From assembly GCA_041674285.1 (NCBI GenBank), contig JBAYVZ010000001.1:165129-229128 (forward strand): a stretch of 64,000 bases of DNA. Reading direction: 5' to 3'. This DNA is from Minisyncoccota bacterium. GTDB lineage: Bacteria; Patescibacteriota; Minisyncoccia; Phycocordibacterales; UBA9973. Under the pieces are notes generated by a model that searched no databases, was not told the origin of the DNA, and worked only from the letters and a program-made list of their open reading frames with translations. Both the position numbers and the translations under genes were made by a program. How positions within the stretch are numbered: position 1 is the first letter of the stretch; every line of letters starts with the position of its first letter. Of the stretch, positions 39,834-48,238 are shown piece after piece.

Positions 39834-39912
39834 GTATTTATTTTACCATAGAATGCAAAACAAAAACATACAACTGGGTTATAAACTGAATAATAAGTGT
39901 TATAATGTTTAC

Positions 39913-40806
39913 ATGGAACAGAACAATTTTACAGGTAAAAACATAAATGAAAATTCGATAAATAATGCTCAAAAAAAATTAGATAATGCGCAAGAACATC
40001 AAGCGATTGAAAATAGTAATTCATACAGAGAACCCACAGAGCATGAAGTATTACTGATAAGTAAATCTAAGGAGGTAGTCAGAAAAGAATTATCAAGATT
40101 AGGGGTTGAGGCTAGATTAGATGAATATAAAATTAAATTTTTAGACAAGAACAAGGGTACAGGTAGCTACAATTCAGACTCAAGAATCATAGAAATAGAC
40201 AGTAAATATAAACCTGATACTATTCTAAATACCAAATATTATCTATTTAGAATACTCTCTAAATTAAACCCGGAGTCGAAAACGATAAGTAATTTTAAAA
40301 CAATAATCCATGAAATGATACATGCAAAATCATTTCATAAATACAAGATTGAGAATAATGAAGTATCTTCTTACAGGAATGGATATTTAACAAAGAATGA
40401 TAAGGGTGCATACTTCCGAGGACTAAATGAAGCTATAACAGAAAAAACTGTTTTAGATATTTTAAACGATGAAAATAAAAAAATTAAAATTAATTTAAAT
40501 ATACTAGAAACAAAATACAGAGTAGAATTAAAAATTATAGAAAATATAGTAAAAAAGATCGCAAAAAAAGAAGGAAAGGAAGAAAAAGAAATCTGGGATA
40601 TCTTTAAAGAAGGTCATTTTTCGGGTAACATGATGCATTTAAGAAAAATTGAAGAAAATTTTGGAGAGGGGTCACTCAGAATATTGGCAAAAATGGGCTC
40701 AAATGAAAAACTAACGAGTAAAGAAAATTTGCTTTGCTATATATATTTTTCAACAAATTCTATCTTTATTAAAAAGACAATATTAAATAAATTTAAAAAT
40801 GAATAA
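39913..40806 (+). CDS. HEXXH zinc-metallopeptidase-like protein
   Basis: IIHEMIH and GLNEAITE. Confidence 0.65.
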   Translation: MEQNNFTGKNINENSINNAQKKLDNAQEHQAIENSNSYREPTEHEVLLISKSKEVVRKELSRLGVEARLDEYKIKFLDKNKGTGSYNSDSRIIEIDSKYKPDTILNTKYYLFRILSKLNPESKTISNFKTIIHEMIHAKSFHKYKIENNEVSSYRNGYLTKNDKGAYFRGLNEAITEKTVLDILNDENKKIKINLNILETKYRVELKIIENIVKKIAKKEGKEEKEIWDIFKEGHFSGNMMHLRKIEENFGEGSLRILAKMGSNEKLTSKENLLCYIYFSTNSIFIKKTILNKFKNE

Positions 40807-41161
40807 TAATCTTAAAATATACAAAGTAAAAAACAAGGAATACAAGAACTATTTTGTACCAAAAGAAAAAAGAGCTCCTGCTTTCGGTCAAGCATTTCCA
40901 TATGAAAAAAAAGGAGGATACGCTGAAGTCAGAAATGACTTAAATCCGATAGTGAAGAGGTTTGTCACAGAGCATGAGTTGTATCACCTCACAGACAACT
41001 CAAAATGGCTTGGAAGATTAGGAATGGAAATTAGGGCAAATATTATTCCAGGCATAAAAAATCCGATTGGTTTTATATATACTATTATTTATACAATATT
41101 TTCAAAAGAGAGAATAAAATTATACTACGAGATGATATTTAAAAAGTCGCACATGAAATAA
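40799..41161 (+). CDS. small HEXXH protein
   Basis: EHELYH...E.RAN; overlaps the preceding stop. Confidence 0.55.
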   Translation: MNNNLKIYKVKNKEYKNYFVPKEKRAPAFGQAFPYEKKGGYAEVRNDLNPIVKRFVTEHELYHLTDNSKWLGRLGMEIRANIIPGIKNPIGFIYTIIYTIFSKERIKLYYEMIFKKSHMK

Positions 41162-41198
41162 ATTATCATGTACGACTTATCATCAGAAAAAATTAATT

Positions 41199-41513
41199 TT
41201 ATTTAGTCAGCTTAATTCCATTAATCTTGATGAACCAATTGATCGCTTTTTTAGCGATTGGTTTTAAAAATGGAGCAATTTCTAAAATAGAAGCACCAGG
41301 CCTCCCTAAGAAACTGTAATAAGCACGAATAAACAAAATTTTACCTTTTTCGGTTCCTTGGGCCAAAATTTTATCTCTCCAAACTCTCAATGAATCTGTA
41401 ATATAATCATCCTGCCCGTAACAAGCAGTAACTACAAAACATTTAAAATTTGGACTAAAATTAGGTCCATCATTAGAAACTAAAGGTTTTTTTTGTTTTT
41501 CAACCTCTTTCAT
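41199..41513 (-). CDS. CFI-box-CTERM-like domain protein
   Basis: CFVVTACYG...LRVWRD..L...FIRAYY. Confidence 0.75.
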   Translation of the reverse strand: MKEVEKQKKPLVSNDGPNFSPNFKCFVVTACYGQDDYITDSLRVWRDKILAQGTEKGKILFIRAYYSFLGRPGASILEIAPFLKPIAKKAINWFIKINGIKLTK

Positions 41514-41620
41514 GTCTTTTTCTCCTTTCTAGATTTTTGTATTATTCTTTAAGCAATTAAAAGAACCTTAATCTTTAAAAAGTATACTACATAAAAATTT
41601 AAAAGTCAATATGAAGGATA

Positions 41621-42145
41621 TTAAAGATTATATTTCCATCCTGGTTGCCATTCCCATGGAGTCTTTATGTATTCCTCTAACTCTACGCCATTTATAAAAT
41701 GCTCTAGACCTAGTTGAGTTGCGCGATGGCCGATGATTACAATATTTTCATAATTAGATTTTTTTAAATCGGCGATAAAACTTTCCATACGAGCCATTGC
41801 ATCTTTAACACTCTCACCATTCATGTATGGAGTATCAATATGATCAATCAGACTACCAAACACTAGTTTTTTATCTCCGCCCTCTAGGTCTCCGTAATTG
41901 TATTCTCGAAGTCTTGAATCAGAAAAAGTAGGAATATTACGTTCACCAAAGATTAATTCTGCTGTATCTATAGCTCTCTGTGAGTCAGAAGTAAAAACCG
42001 CATCGAATAAAACATCAGCGTACCGAGTACGATCATTAATCCCCTGTTCTCTACCTTTTTCAGATAAAGGAGAGTTCCTCCATCCAGAAGCCAGTCCAGA
42101 TTCATTGTCTACACTAGTTTTATGTGATTCAAATATAATTTTCAT
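41621..42145 (-). CDS. histidine phosphatase (phosphoglycerate mutase-like) family protein
   Basis: SH..S..N....SGW.N.PLSEKG, SD..RA..TA, LREYNYG, GES, IGH. Confidence 0.88.
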   Translation of the reverse strand: MKIIFESHKTSVDNESGLASGWRNSPLSEKGREQGINDRTRYADVLFDAVFTSDSQRAIDTAELIFGERNIPTFSDSRLREYNYGDLEGGDKKLVFGSLIDHIDTPYMNGESVKDAMARMESFIADLKKSNYENIVIIGHRATQLGLEHFINGVELEEYIKTPWEWQPGWKYNL

Positions 42146-42147
42146 AT

Positions 42148-43068
42148 TTACATTAGCAAGAACACACTTCCTACTATCATCACCACGATGGCGATGATTT
42201 TTGGGATTAGGACTTTTTTGGTGATGTTCTCGTTCACTATATGTGGGAAGAATTTTGTCCCGATGATAGTCAAGAATAGTACTATAGCAGGCTGGAATGT
42301 ACCTACGAGATATACCATAGTCACAGGTGCTAGCAATAGTGCAAAGTTTGTTAAAAGATTACCAGAGATAGTAGCCAGTTCACTCACTGTATTTACGATA
42401 AAAATCTTTACACCACCCTTGTGGTTCATATTCATAAATTCTTCTCTGTATTTAGGCACGAATAGATATATTATGAGGCCAGATATTCCGAGGCCAATAT
42501 ATTCCCAGAATGATGACACCCAGAAGTCCCCTTCGATGGTCACATATTTAAATATAATCCCAGATAGAGCTACTAGCACGCAAGCGATGAGCATATAGAA
42601 TACTGGCTTTCTCTTTACTTGTCTCTTTTCTGTACTAAAATCAATAGATAGGAATACTAATCCTAGGAGCATGATGACAGTACCTAGGATCTGATTATTA
42701 TTGAGTGTCTCCCCAAGGAATAGATAGCCAAATATGTAGCCAAACATGGGAACAGTCAGGAACCATGGGGCCACATTTGATACATCTTCAATCTCCAATG
42801 CATATAGATACAATACTATCCATACGATAGTGATGAATCCAGTGAGTCCGAGTAGCAATGCATCTGTTATCGATATCTCAAATAATCCTCGCACAAAAAA
42901 TGCGATAAAGAATGCAATGAAGAATCCTATGAGACTAGAGAACAGTACTAGCCCTCCAGAACTGTGTTCCTTTTCCCTATCTGAATATTTAGCTATTAGA
43001 TATTGATCGGCTATATTGACCAATGCCCATAAAAATGGAGCCCCCAATGCAATTAAAAACCAATTCAT
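42148..43068 (-). CDS. EamA/DMT family transporter
   Basis: about 10 TM helices in two repeats, FLGE motif. Confidence 0.85.
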   Translation of the reverse strand: MNWFLIALGAPFLWALVNIADQYLIAKYSDREKEHSSGGLVLFSSLIGFFIAFFIAFFVRGLFEISITDALLLGLTGFITIVWIVLYLYALEIEDVSNVAPWFLTVPMFGYIFGYLFLGETLNNNQILGTVIMLLGLVFLSIDFSTEKRQVKRKPVFYMLIACVLVALSGIIFKYVTIEGDFWVSSFWEYIGLGISGLIIYLFVPKYREEFMNMNHKGGVKIFIVNTVSELATISGNLLTNFALLLAPVTMVYLVGTFQPAIVLFLTIIGTKFFPHIVNENITKKVLIPKIIAIVVMIVGSVFLLM

Positions 43069-43167
43069 ATGAGTATATTATATCACACAAATAAAATACT
43101 ATAATTTTGACAAAAAAATATTTCAGGATATAATGCGCAAAAACCCACAATTTAATATAAAAAACCA

Positions 43168-43989
43168 ATGAAAGAGTATTTTGTAATTGAAGGACAAAAT
43201 GAAGGTCCTACTAGTGTGATTATGGCAGGTATTCATGGCAATGAACCTTGCGGAGTAAGAGCTTTTAAAAAGCTAGAACACAAATTAAAGATCAAGTCAG
43301 GAAAAGTAATTTTTCTTTTAGGTAATCCTGTTGCCCTGAAAGACAACGTTCGATTTGTTGAACAAAACATGAATCGAATGTTTGCCGAGCAAAACAAGGA
43401 GTACACAGAAGAAGAGAAAAATTCCTACGAGTACCGCAGGGCACAATTCATCAAAATGTTCTTAGATGAAGCAGATGCCCTGTTAGACATCCACTCCACA
43501 CGAAACAAAAGTCTTCCATTTGTTTTTACAGAAGGCAATGCTTTTGATATCGTAAATTATTTCCCAAAAGAAGTTTCCCGTATCGTTATAAACATAAACG
43601 AATACGAACCAGGTGGCACTGATGGGTACATGTACGAGAAAGATAAAATTGGTATTTGTATTGAGTGTGGTCAACACGACAGCAAAAATGCTGACAAAGT
43701 AGCCATAAAGTCCATAATGATTTTCCTGCAAAAACGCGGGCATATAAAAGATTCTACAAAGAAAAAATTACCAAAAGAAATTGTTATGGTAAATAGTATT
43801 TATTTTACGAAGACAGACAATTTCAAAATGGCAAAACAATTTGTAGATTTTGAAAAAATCAAAATGGATCAATTAATAGGCACAGACGGCAATGAAGAAA
43901 TCCGGGCAAAACAAAAAGGATTAATCATGTTTGCTCATGATTGCGACAAGATCGGATCTGAAGCATTCTTGATGACTAAAAAGATATAA
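43168..43989 (+). CDS. succinylglutamate desuccinylase/aspartoacylase family (M14-like)
   Basis: GIHGNEPCG, NMNR, LDIHS, IECGQH. Confidence 0.9.
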   Translation: MKEYFVIEGQNEGPTSVIMAGIHGNEPCGVRAFKKLEHKLKIKSGKVIFLLGNPVALKDNVRFVEQNMNRMFAEQNKEYTEEEKNSYEYRRAQFIKMFLDEADALLDIHSTRNKSLPFVFTEGNAFDIVNYFPKEVSRIVININEYEPGGTDGYMYEKDKIGICIECGQHDSKNADKVAIKSIMIFLQKRGHIKDSTKKKLPKEIVMVNSIYFTKTDNFKMAKQFVDFEKIKMDQLIGTDGNEEIRAKQKGLIMFAHDCDKIGSEAFLMTKKI

Positions 43990-44010
43990 AAGCCAAATGA
44001 TTAAATTTAG

Positions 44011-44045
44011 CACCCCATAAAGAGAATTCTTTATGGGGTGTTTTT
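44011..44045 (+). terminator. intrinsic terminator hairpin
   Basis: CACCCCATAAAGA/TCTTTATGGGGTGTTTTT. Confidence 0.7.
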
Positions 44046-44097
44046 ATTGCAAAACAATAGTATTTTGATACAATGCTTTTATCTATATGGGATAGTA

Positions 44098-44214
44098 TCC
44101 CGTTAGAGATGTGTTTGTTATTTTTTTAATCTTGGAACAATAAAAGAAAAAGTCGTATTTTTAATATAAATTAATCAGATACGGAAATGTAAACATTTCC
44201 TATCTCTAACGGGA
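44098..44214 (+). repeat. start-codon element copy 9, subfamily B (speB)
   Basis: ATAGTA[TCCCGTTAGAGAT...GGAAATGTAAACATTTCC-T-ATCTCTAACGGGA]TGGTA; 117 bp. Confidence 0.93.
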
Positions 44215-45104
44215 TGGTAGATTCAATAATCAGTGCAAAGAAAATCGAAGATGCAGATGTAGTCATACTATCAGCTGCATATGAAAAGACAGCTTCTAGT
44301 CGCAAAGGTACAGCCAGCGGTCCATCAGCAGTTATGAAGATGCTCGACAGCAAGCTTGAGCTTTTTGACCGCAACTACAAGAAGAATGTATGCGAATATG
44401 TAAAGATAGGTCACAAAGATGTGGGCAATATCAGCAAGATGACTCCACAAAAAGCATTAGACAAGATAGTGGCAGAATCTACAAAGATCTTAGATAAAGA
44501 TAAATTTGTATTCCTCCTCGGTGGAGAGCATTCTGTATCTCTAGGACTCCTCACTGCCCTCTCTAAAAAAATAAATCCAAAAGACGTAACAGTAGTCCAG
44601 ATAGATGCACACTGCGATCTACGCAATGATGACAGTGACTACAGTGATGATCCTACAAATCTGGCTCATTCATGTGTCCTACGCCGTGTAAACGAGCTAG
44701 GTTACCCATTAGTACAGGTAGGTATCCGTACATATTTCAAAGGTGAATACGAATACTTCTCTGACCCAAAGAACAATATCAAGACTTTTGAATGGGGCAA
44801 TGATAAAAAAGTACCGACAGTAGAGGAAATAGTAAAATCAATCAAGACAAAGTATGTATATATAACTATCGACGTAGATGGATTTGATCCGGCTCATATG
44901 CCAGGCACAGGCACATCAGTCCAAGGGGGTCTCGAGTGGTGGTACGGAGTAGAACTACTAGAAAAGATTGTGAAATCAAAAGAACTCGTAGGTGCAGACA
45001 TAGTAGAAGTCTCCCCTATGAAAGACTCCGTCCTGACAGAGTACGGAGCAGCCCAACTACTCTACGGAATGGTAGCTCACAAATACAGAAACAAATTAAA
45101 ATAA
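44214..45104 (+). CDS. speB: agmatinase (ureohydrolase family)
   Basis: GGEHS, DAHCD, QVGIR, DVDGFDP..PGTG, DIVE. Confidence 0.9.
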   Translation: MVDSIISAKKIEDADVVILSAAYEKTASSRKGTASGPSAVMKMLDSKLELFDRNYKKNVCEYVKIGHKDVGNISKMTPQKALDKIVAESTKILDKDKFVFLLGGEHSVSLGLLTALSKKINPKDVTVVQIDAHCDLRNDDSDYSDDPTNLAHSCVLRRVNELGYPLVQVGIRTYFKGEYEYFSDPKNNIKTFEWGNDKKVPTVEEIVKSIKTKYVYITIDVDGFDPAHMPGTGTSVQGGLEWWYGVELLEKIVKSKELVGADIVEVSPMKDSVLTEYGAAQLLYGMVAHKYRNKLK

Positions 45105-45108
45105 AAAG

Positions 45109-45148
45109 AAAAAATCTGCAAATCAATTTCTTGATTTGCAGATTTTTT
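45109..45148. terminator. bidirectional terminator hairpin
   Basis: AAAAAATCTGCAAATCAA/TTGATTTGCAGATTTTTT. Confidence 0.7.
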
Positions 45149-45155
45149 ATTTTCG

Positions 45156-45638
45156 TCACATTTTTTTAGGTACTTGCCATTTTTTACTTTGGCAATTATA
45201 CACATAATACAGTTCATTCTTTCCTACAGCTCTCATCATTAACTGAAAATTAAAGCTGTCTAAAAGGTAGACCATATCTTGTGGATAGTACCATCCATAC
45301 GGATCATTTGTAGGATTTACAATCTCTTCAAAAATAAAAGAATTACTCACACTATCAAATCCTTTATTTTCAAATAGGACAGAGAAAATTCTGTCATTCC
45401 TAAAATTCACCACTGCATAGTCCCCGCAGGCAGTATGCCATTCATAGGCAACGTACGCAGATCTTTTGTAAAACGGAGTAGTATCTCTACGGTAAATCTG
45501 CACGTCCTGATTATCGTACAGCAATCTAATCTGGGCACCAAAATTAAAGGTGGCCACAGATGATGGAGTGACATTTGTTTTTGAGCTCATGCAAGAGCTG
45601 AAAAACAAGCAAAAAGGTAAAATGTATAAGTATTTCAT
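45156..45638 (-). CDS. putative lipoprotein
   Basis: signal ending LFFSSC. Confidence 0.55.
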   Translation of the reverse strand: MKYLYILPFCLFFSSCMSSKTNVTPSSVATFNFGAQIRLLYDNQDVQIYRRDTTPFYKRSAYVAYEWHTACGDYAVVNFRNDRIFSVLFENKGFDSVSNSFIFEEIVNPTNDPYGWYYPQDMVYLLDSFNFQLMMRAVGKNELYYVYNCQSKKWQVPKKM

Positions 45639-45690
45639 ATTGGTAAGAATTTTTTAACACAATACCACAATACACACAAAATGTCCATAC

Positions 45691-45735
45691 AAACAAAAAT
45701 CCTCGCAAGGACGGTCCTTGCGAGGATTTTTGTTT
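45691..45735. terminator. GC-rich hairpin/terminator
   Basis: AAACAAAAATCCTCGCAAGGAC/GTCCTTGCGAGGATTTTTGTTT. Confidence 0.7.
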
Positions 45736-45736
45736 T

Positions 45737-46486
45737 TTATATTTTACTTCCTACTTCTATGCCTAGATTTTTTGATGCATTTTGTCTCTGTAATACTATC
45801 TCGATAAATCTTTTATCTTTATATCCGGAGCTACCTTTTGTAAAGTATGCCTTGCCGTCTTTTGGTACATCGGTGAGTCTCTCGATAAAATCATAATCAG
45901 ATGTAGAGTTTCTCAATTCTTGATCGTGCTCGTATACGATAGTAGTCTTGCAGTTACCAAAGCAATCCACATACCAGACAAAATTGTCATTACCAAAATC
46001 AAAGATCTCCCCTATTTTTGCATTTATATCTTTACCTTGGAAAATCCAATTTGTAAGATGAGGTAGATATTCATAGCTTCGGAATTGTGATTCAGATATT
46101 CTCCTAGCTTCCTCCTCTGGTAGGAACTGACTACATACAGTATATACATCAGTCTCCTGTATTTCCGACATGAGACCGAGCTTCTTTGCGAGAGTAAAAC
46201 AATTTGGCGTACCTACTACGGTGATGTTTCCAGCCTTACCAAAACAAAACGGTATACCATTTGGGTATTTATCTTTAGTTCCGCGTGGAGCTACATTCAC
46301 CACGATGATACCCGATGTACCACTGTAGGCATCCAGTGCATCGACTAGACAGCCGGCAGCTTCTAGATCGTGTGATACTCCTATGAAATTTAAATTAGCA
46401 CTATCACCTATTAGTGATTTGTATCTTATCTCTTGGCGTCCACGAGCATTTGCATCAGCACAGTCTGAAATAATAGTTATCTGCAT
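45737..46486 (-). CDS. SAM hydroxide adenosyltransferase/chlorinase-like (DUF62) protein
   Basis: ITIISD, VVNVAP, YVDCFGNCKT, GSSG...EI...NAS..LG. Confidence 0.75.
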   Translation of the reverse strand: MQITIISDCADANARGRQEIRYKSLIGDSANLNFIGVSHDLEAAGCLVDALDAYSGTSGIIVVNVAPRGTKDKYPNGIPFCFGKAGNITVVGTPNCFTLAKKLGLMSEIQETDVYTVCSQFLPEEEARRISESQFRSYEYLPHLTNWIFQGKDINAKIGEIFDFGNDNFVWYVDCFGNCKTTIVYEHDQELRNSTSDYDFIERLTDVPKDGKAYFTKGSSGYKDKRFIEIVLQRQNASKNLGIEVGSKI

Positions 46487-46489
46487 ATA

Positions 46490-47512
46490 TTATCCTAGGT
46501 ATTTTGCTATCAATTCATTTGCCTTTGCAGGATTTGCTTTTGCCTCTAGTAGTGCAGTCATCATCAGTGGAGCTACGATTGTAGCATCACTCTCGACTAC
46601 GAACATAGGTGTATCTTGGGTGAGTTTATCCCAAGTGATTTTTTCATTTGGAGTAGCTCCAGAGTATGATCCGTATGATGTAGTAGAATCAGAGATCTGA
46701 CAGAAGTATGCCCATGGCTTTGCAGGTAGCTCCATGTCGTATTTAAGAGATGGCACTACGCAAATTGGGAAATCTCCGGCTATACCTCCACCGATTTGGA
46801 AGAATCCGATACCAGCACCTTCTGAAAGCTTTTGATATTGATCATAAAATTCACCCATGTATTCAATACCTGACTTTGCGATTAGGGCACTCGCATCACC
46901 ATGCTTTACATGAGATGCAAAGATGTTTCCAAAAGTAGAATCTTCGTATCCTGGGACTACTATAGGTAGATTGTGTTCTGCTGCAGCTAATAGCCAGCAT
47001 TCTTCAGCTTTACCTTCATGCTTTTCCTTGTCTAGGGCCTGGATAAGCTCATAGAAATATTCATGCCAAAAACGGCGCTCATTGTTCTTTGTAGCATTTT
47101 CCCACATTGGTACGATATGCTTTTCAACAGCACGAAAAGCCTCATCCTCGGGGATACTAGTATCTGTCACACGGCGCATACGATTCTCCAGGATCTTTGT
47201 ATCGTCTTCTTTTGTAAAGTAACGATAATCAGGAAAGTCTTTATAGCTACTATGCGCAACAAGGCGAAATAGTGACTCTTCTAAGTTCGCACCCGTCACA
47301 GACATGCCATGTATTAGTCCTGCACGGATAGCCGGAGCCAGAGTGATACCTAGCTGAGCAGAAGACATAGCTCCAGCCACAGCCCAAAACATCTTTCCCC
47401 CATTCTCTATATGGCGCCAATATGCGATAGTCGCATCACGAGTAGCACGTGAATTAAAGTTCTTGTAATTCTTAAGGATAAATTCTAATGTTGGTAATTG
47501 TGTGTTTTCCAT
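46490..47512 (-). CDS. deoxyhypusine synthase-like protein (probable homospermidine synthase)
   Basis: AGAMS, TGANLEE, DSTFG, IGGG, GSYSGATPNEKITWDK, ESDATIVAPL. Confidence 0.9.
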   Translation of the reverse strand: MENTQLPTLEFILKNYKNFNSRATRDATIAYWRHIENGGKMFWAVAGAMSSAQLGITLAPAIRAGLIHGMSVTGANLEESLFRLVAHSSYKDFPDYRYFTKEDDTKILENRMRRVTDTSIPEDEAFRAVEKHIVPMWENATKNNERRFWHEYFYELIQALDKEKHEGKAEECWLLAAAEHNLPIVVPGYEDSTFGNIFASHVKHGDASALIAKSGIEYMGEFYDQYQKLSEGAGIGFFQIGGGIAGDFPICVVPSLKYDMELPAKPWAYFCQISDSTTSYGSYSGATPNEKITWDKLTQDTPMFVVESDATIVAPLMMTALLEAKANPAKANELIAKYLG

Positions 47513-47545
47513 GCAAAAATTATACTCCGAAAATACCCTAAACGC

Positions 47546-47575
47546 AATTCTCCGCCAACATTGTGGCGGAGAATT
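47546..47575. terminator. hairpin after pth
   Basis: AATTCTCCGCCA/TGGCGGAGAATT. Confidence 0.6.
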
Positions 47576-47577
47576 TA

Positions 47578-48138
47578 TTAGTTGTATTTTGTCATCGCTT
47601 TTTCGTAACCCTGAGATACTGTAGTGGTCAAAATATCAGAGACTAAGGGTGAGATATATTTTTCTAGAATATCCAACTCTTCTTTAGAGAAATTACCGAG
47701 CACATCCGGCTTGCGCAGAGTGCCAGTGTTATCGAGTATCGATACACCTACACGTATACGTACAAATTCCCGAGATGAGAGCTGTGCCATTATAGATTTG
47801 ATACCATTATGTCCACCATCACCTCTATCATGAGATATCTTTATCTTGCCGAGTGGTAGGTCTATATCATCTTGTACTACGATGATATCATTGTTTGTAA
47901 AATTATATTCTTTGACTAGATACGGGAGGATATTACCAGTATCATTCATAAAAGTCTCAGGTTTTGCAAAAATTATATCCTCATCAGATAGATTAATATG
48001 AGCCAAATTTGAATTCGCATATTTATTAAAACTCCAATCAAGATTTTTATTTAAATTATCAAAAACAATCCAAGCCACATTGTGCCTGGTGTGTGCATAT
48101 TTTTCTCCTGGGTTACCCAGACCGATAATTAATTTCAT
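47578..48138 (-). CDS. pth: peptidyl-tRNA hydrolase
   Basis: GLGNPG..Y..TRHN, KP.TFMN, GGHNGIKS. Confidence 0.97.
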   Translation of the reverse strand: MKLIIGLGNPGEKYAHTRHNVAWIVFDNLNKNLDWSFNKYANSNLAHINLSDEDIIFAKPETFMNDTGNILPYLVKEYNFTNNDIIVVQDDIDLPLGKIKISHDRGDGGHNGIKSIMAQLSSREFVRIRVGVSILDNTGTLRKPDVLGNFSKEELDILEKYISPLVSDILTTTVSQGYEKAMTKYN

Positions 48139-48238
48139 TTTTAAATTTTACCAAAAATTGATAAAACTAGCTAATTTGAATCATGACACATACCCTCCTA
48201 TTCCGTCAAATATATTTATGTGGTAAAATAGCATATAT

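Noticed and set aside
11119-44214. Interpreting the repeat family as a CRISPR array or as terminators
   Set aside because: Copies are dispersed with no spacers. They lie at gene starts, lack U-tails and overlap the ATG.
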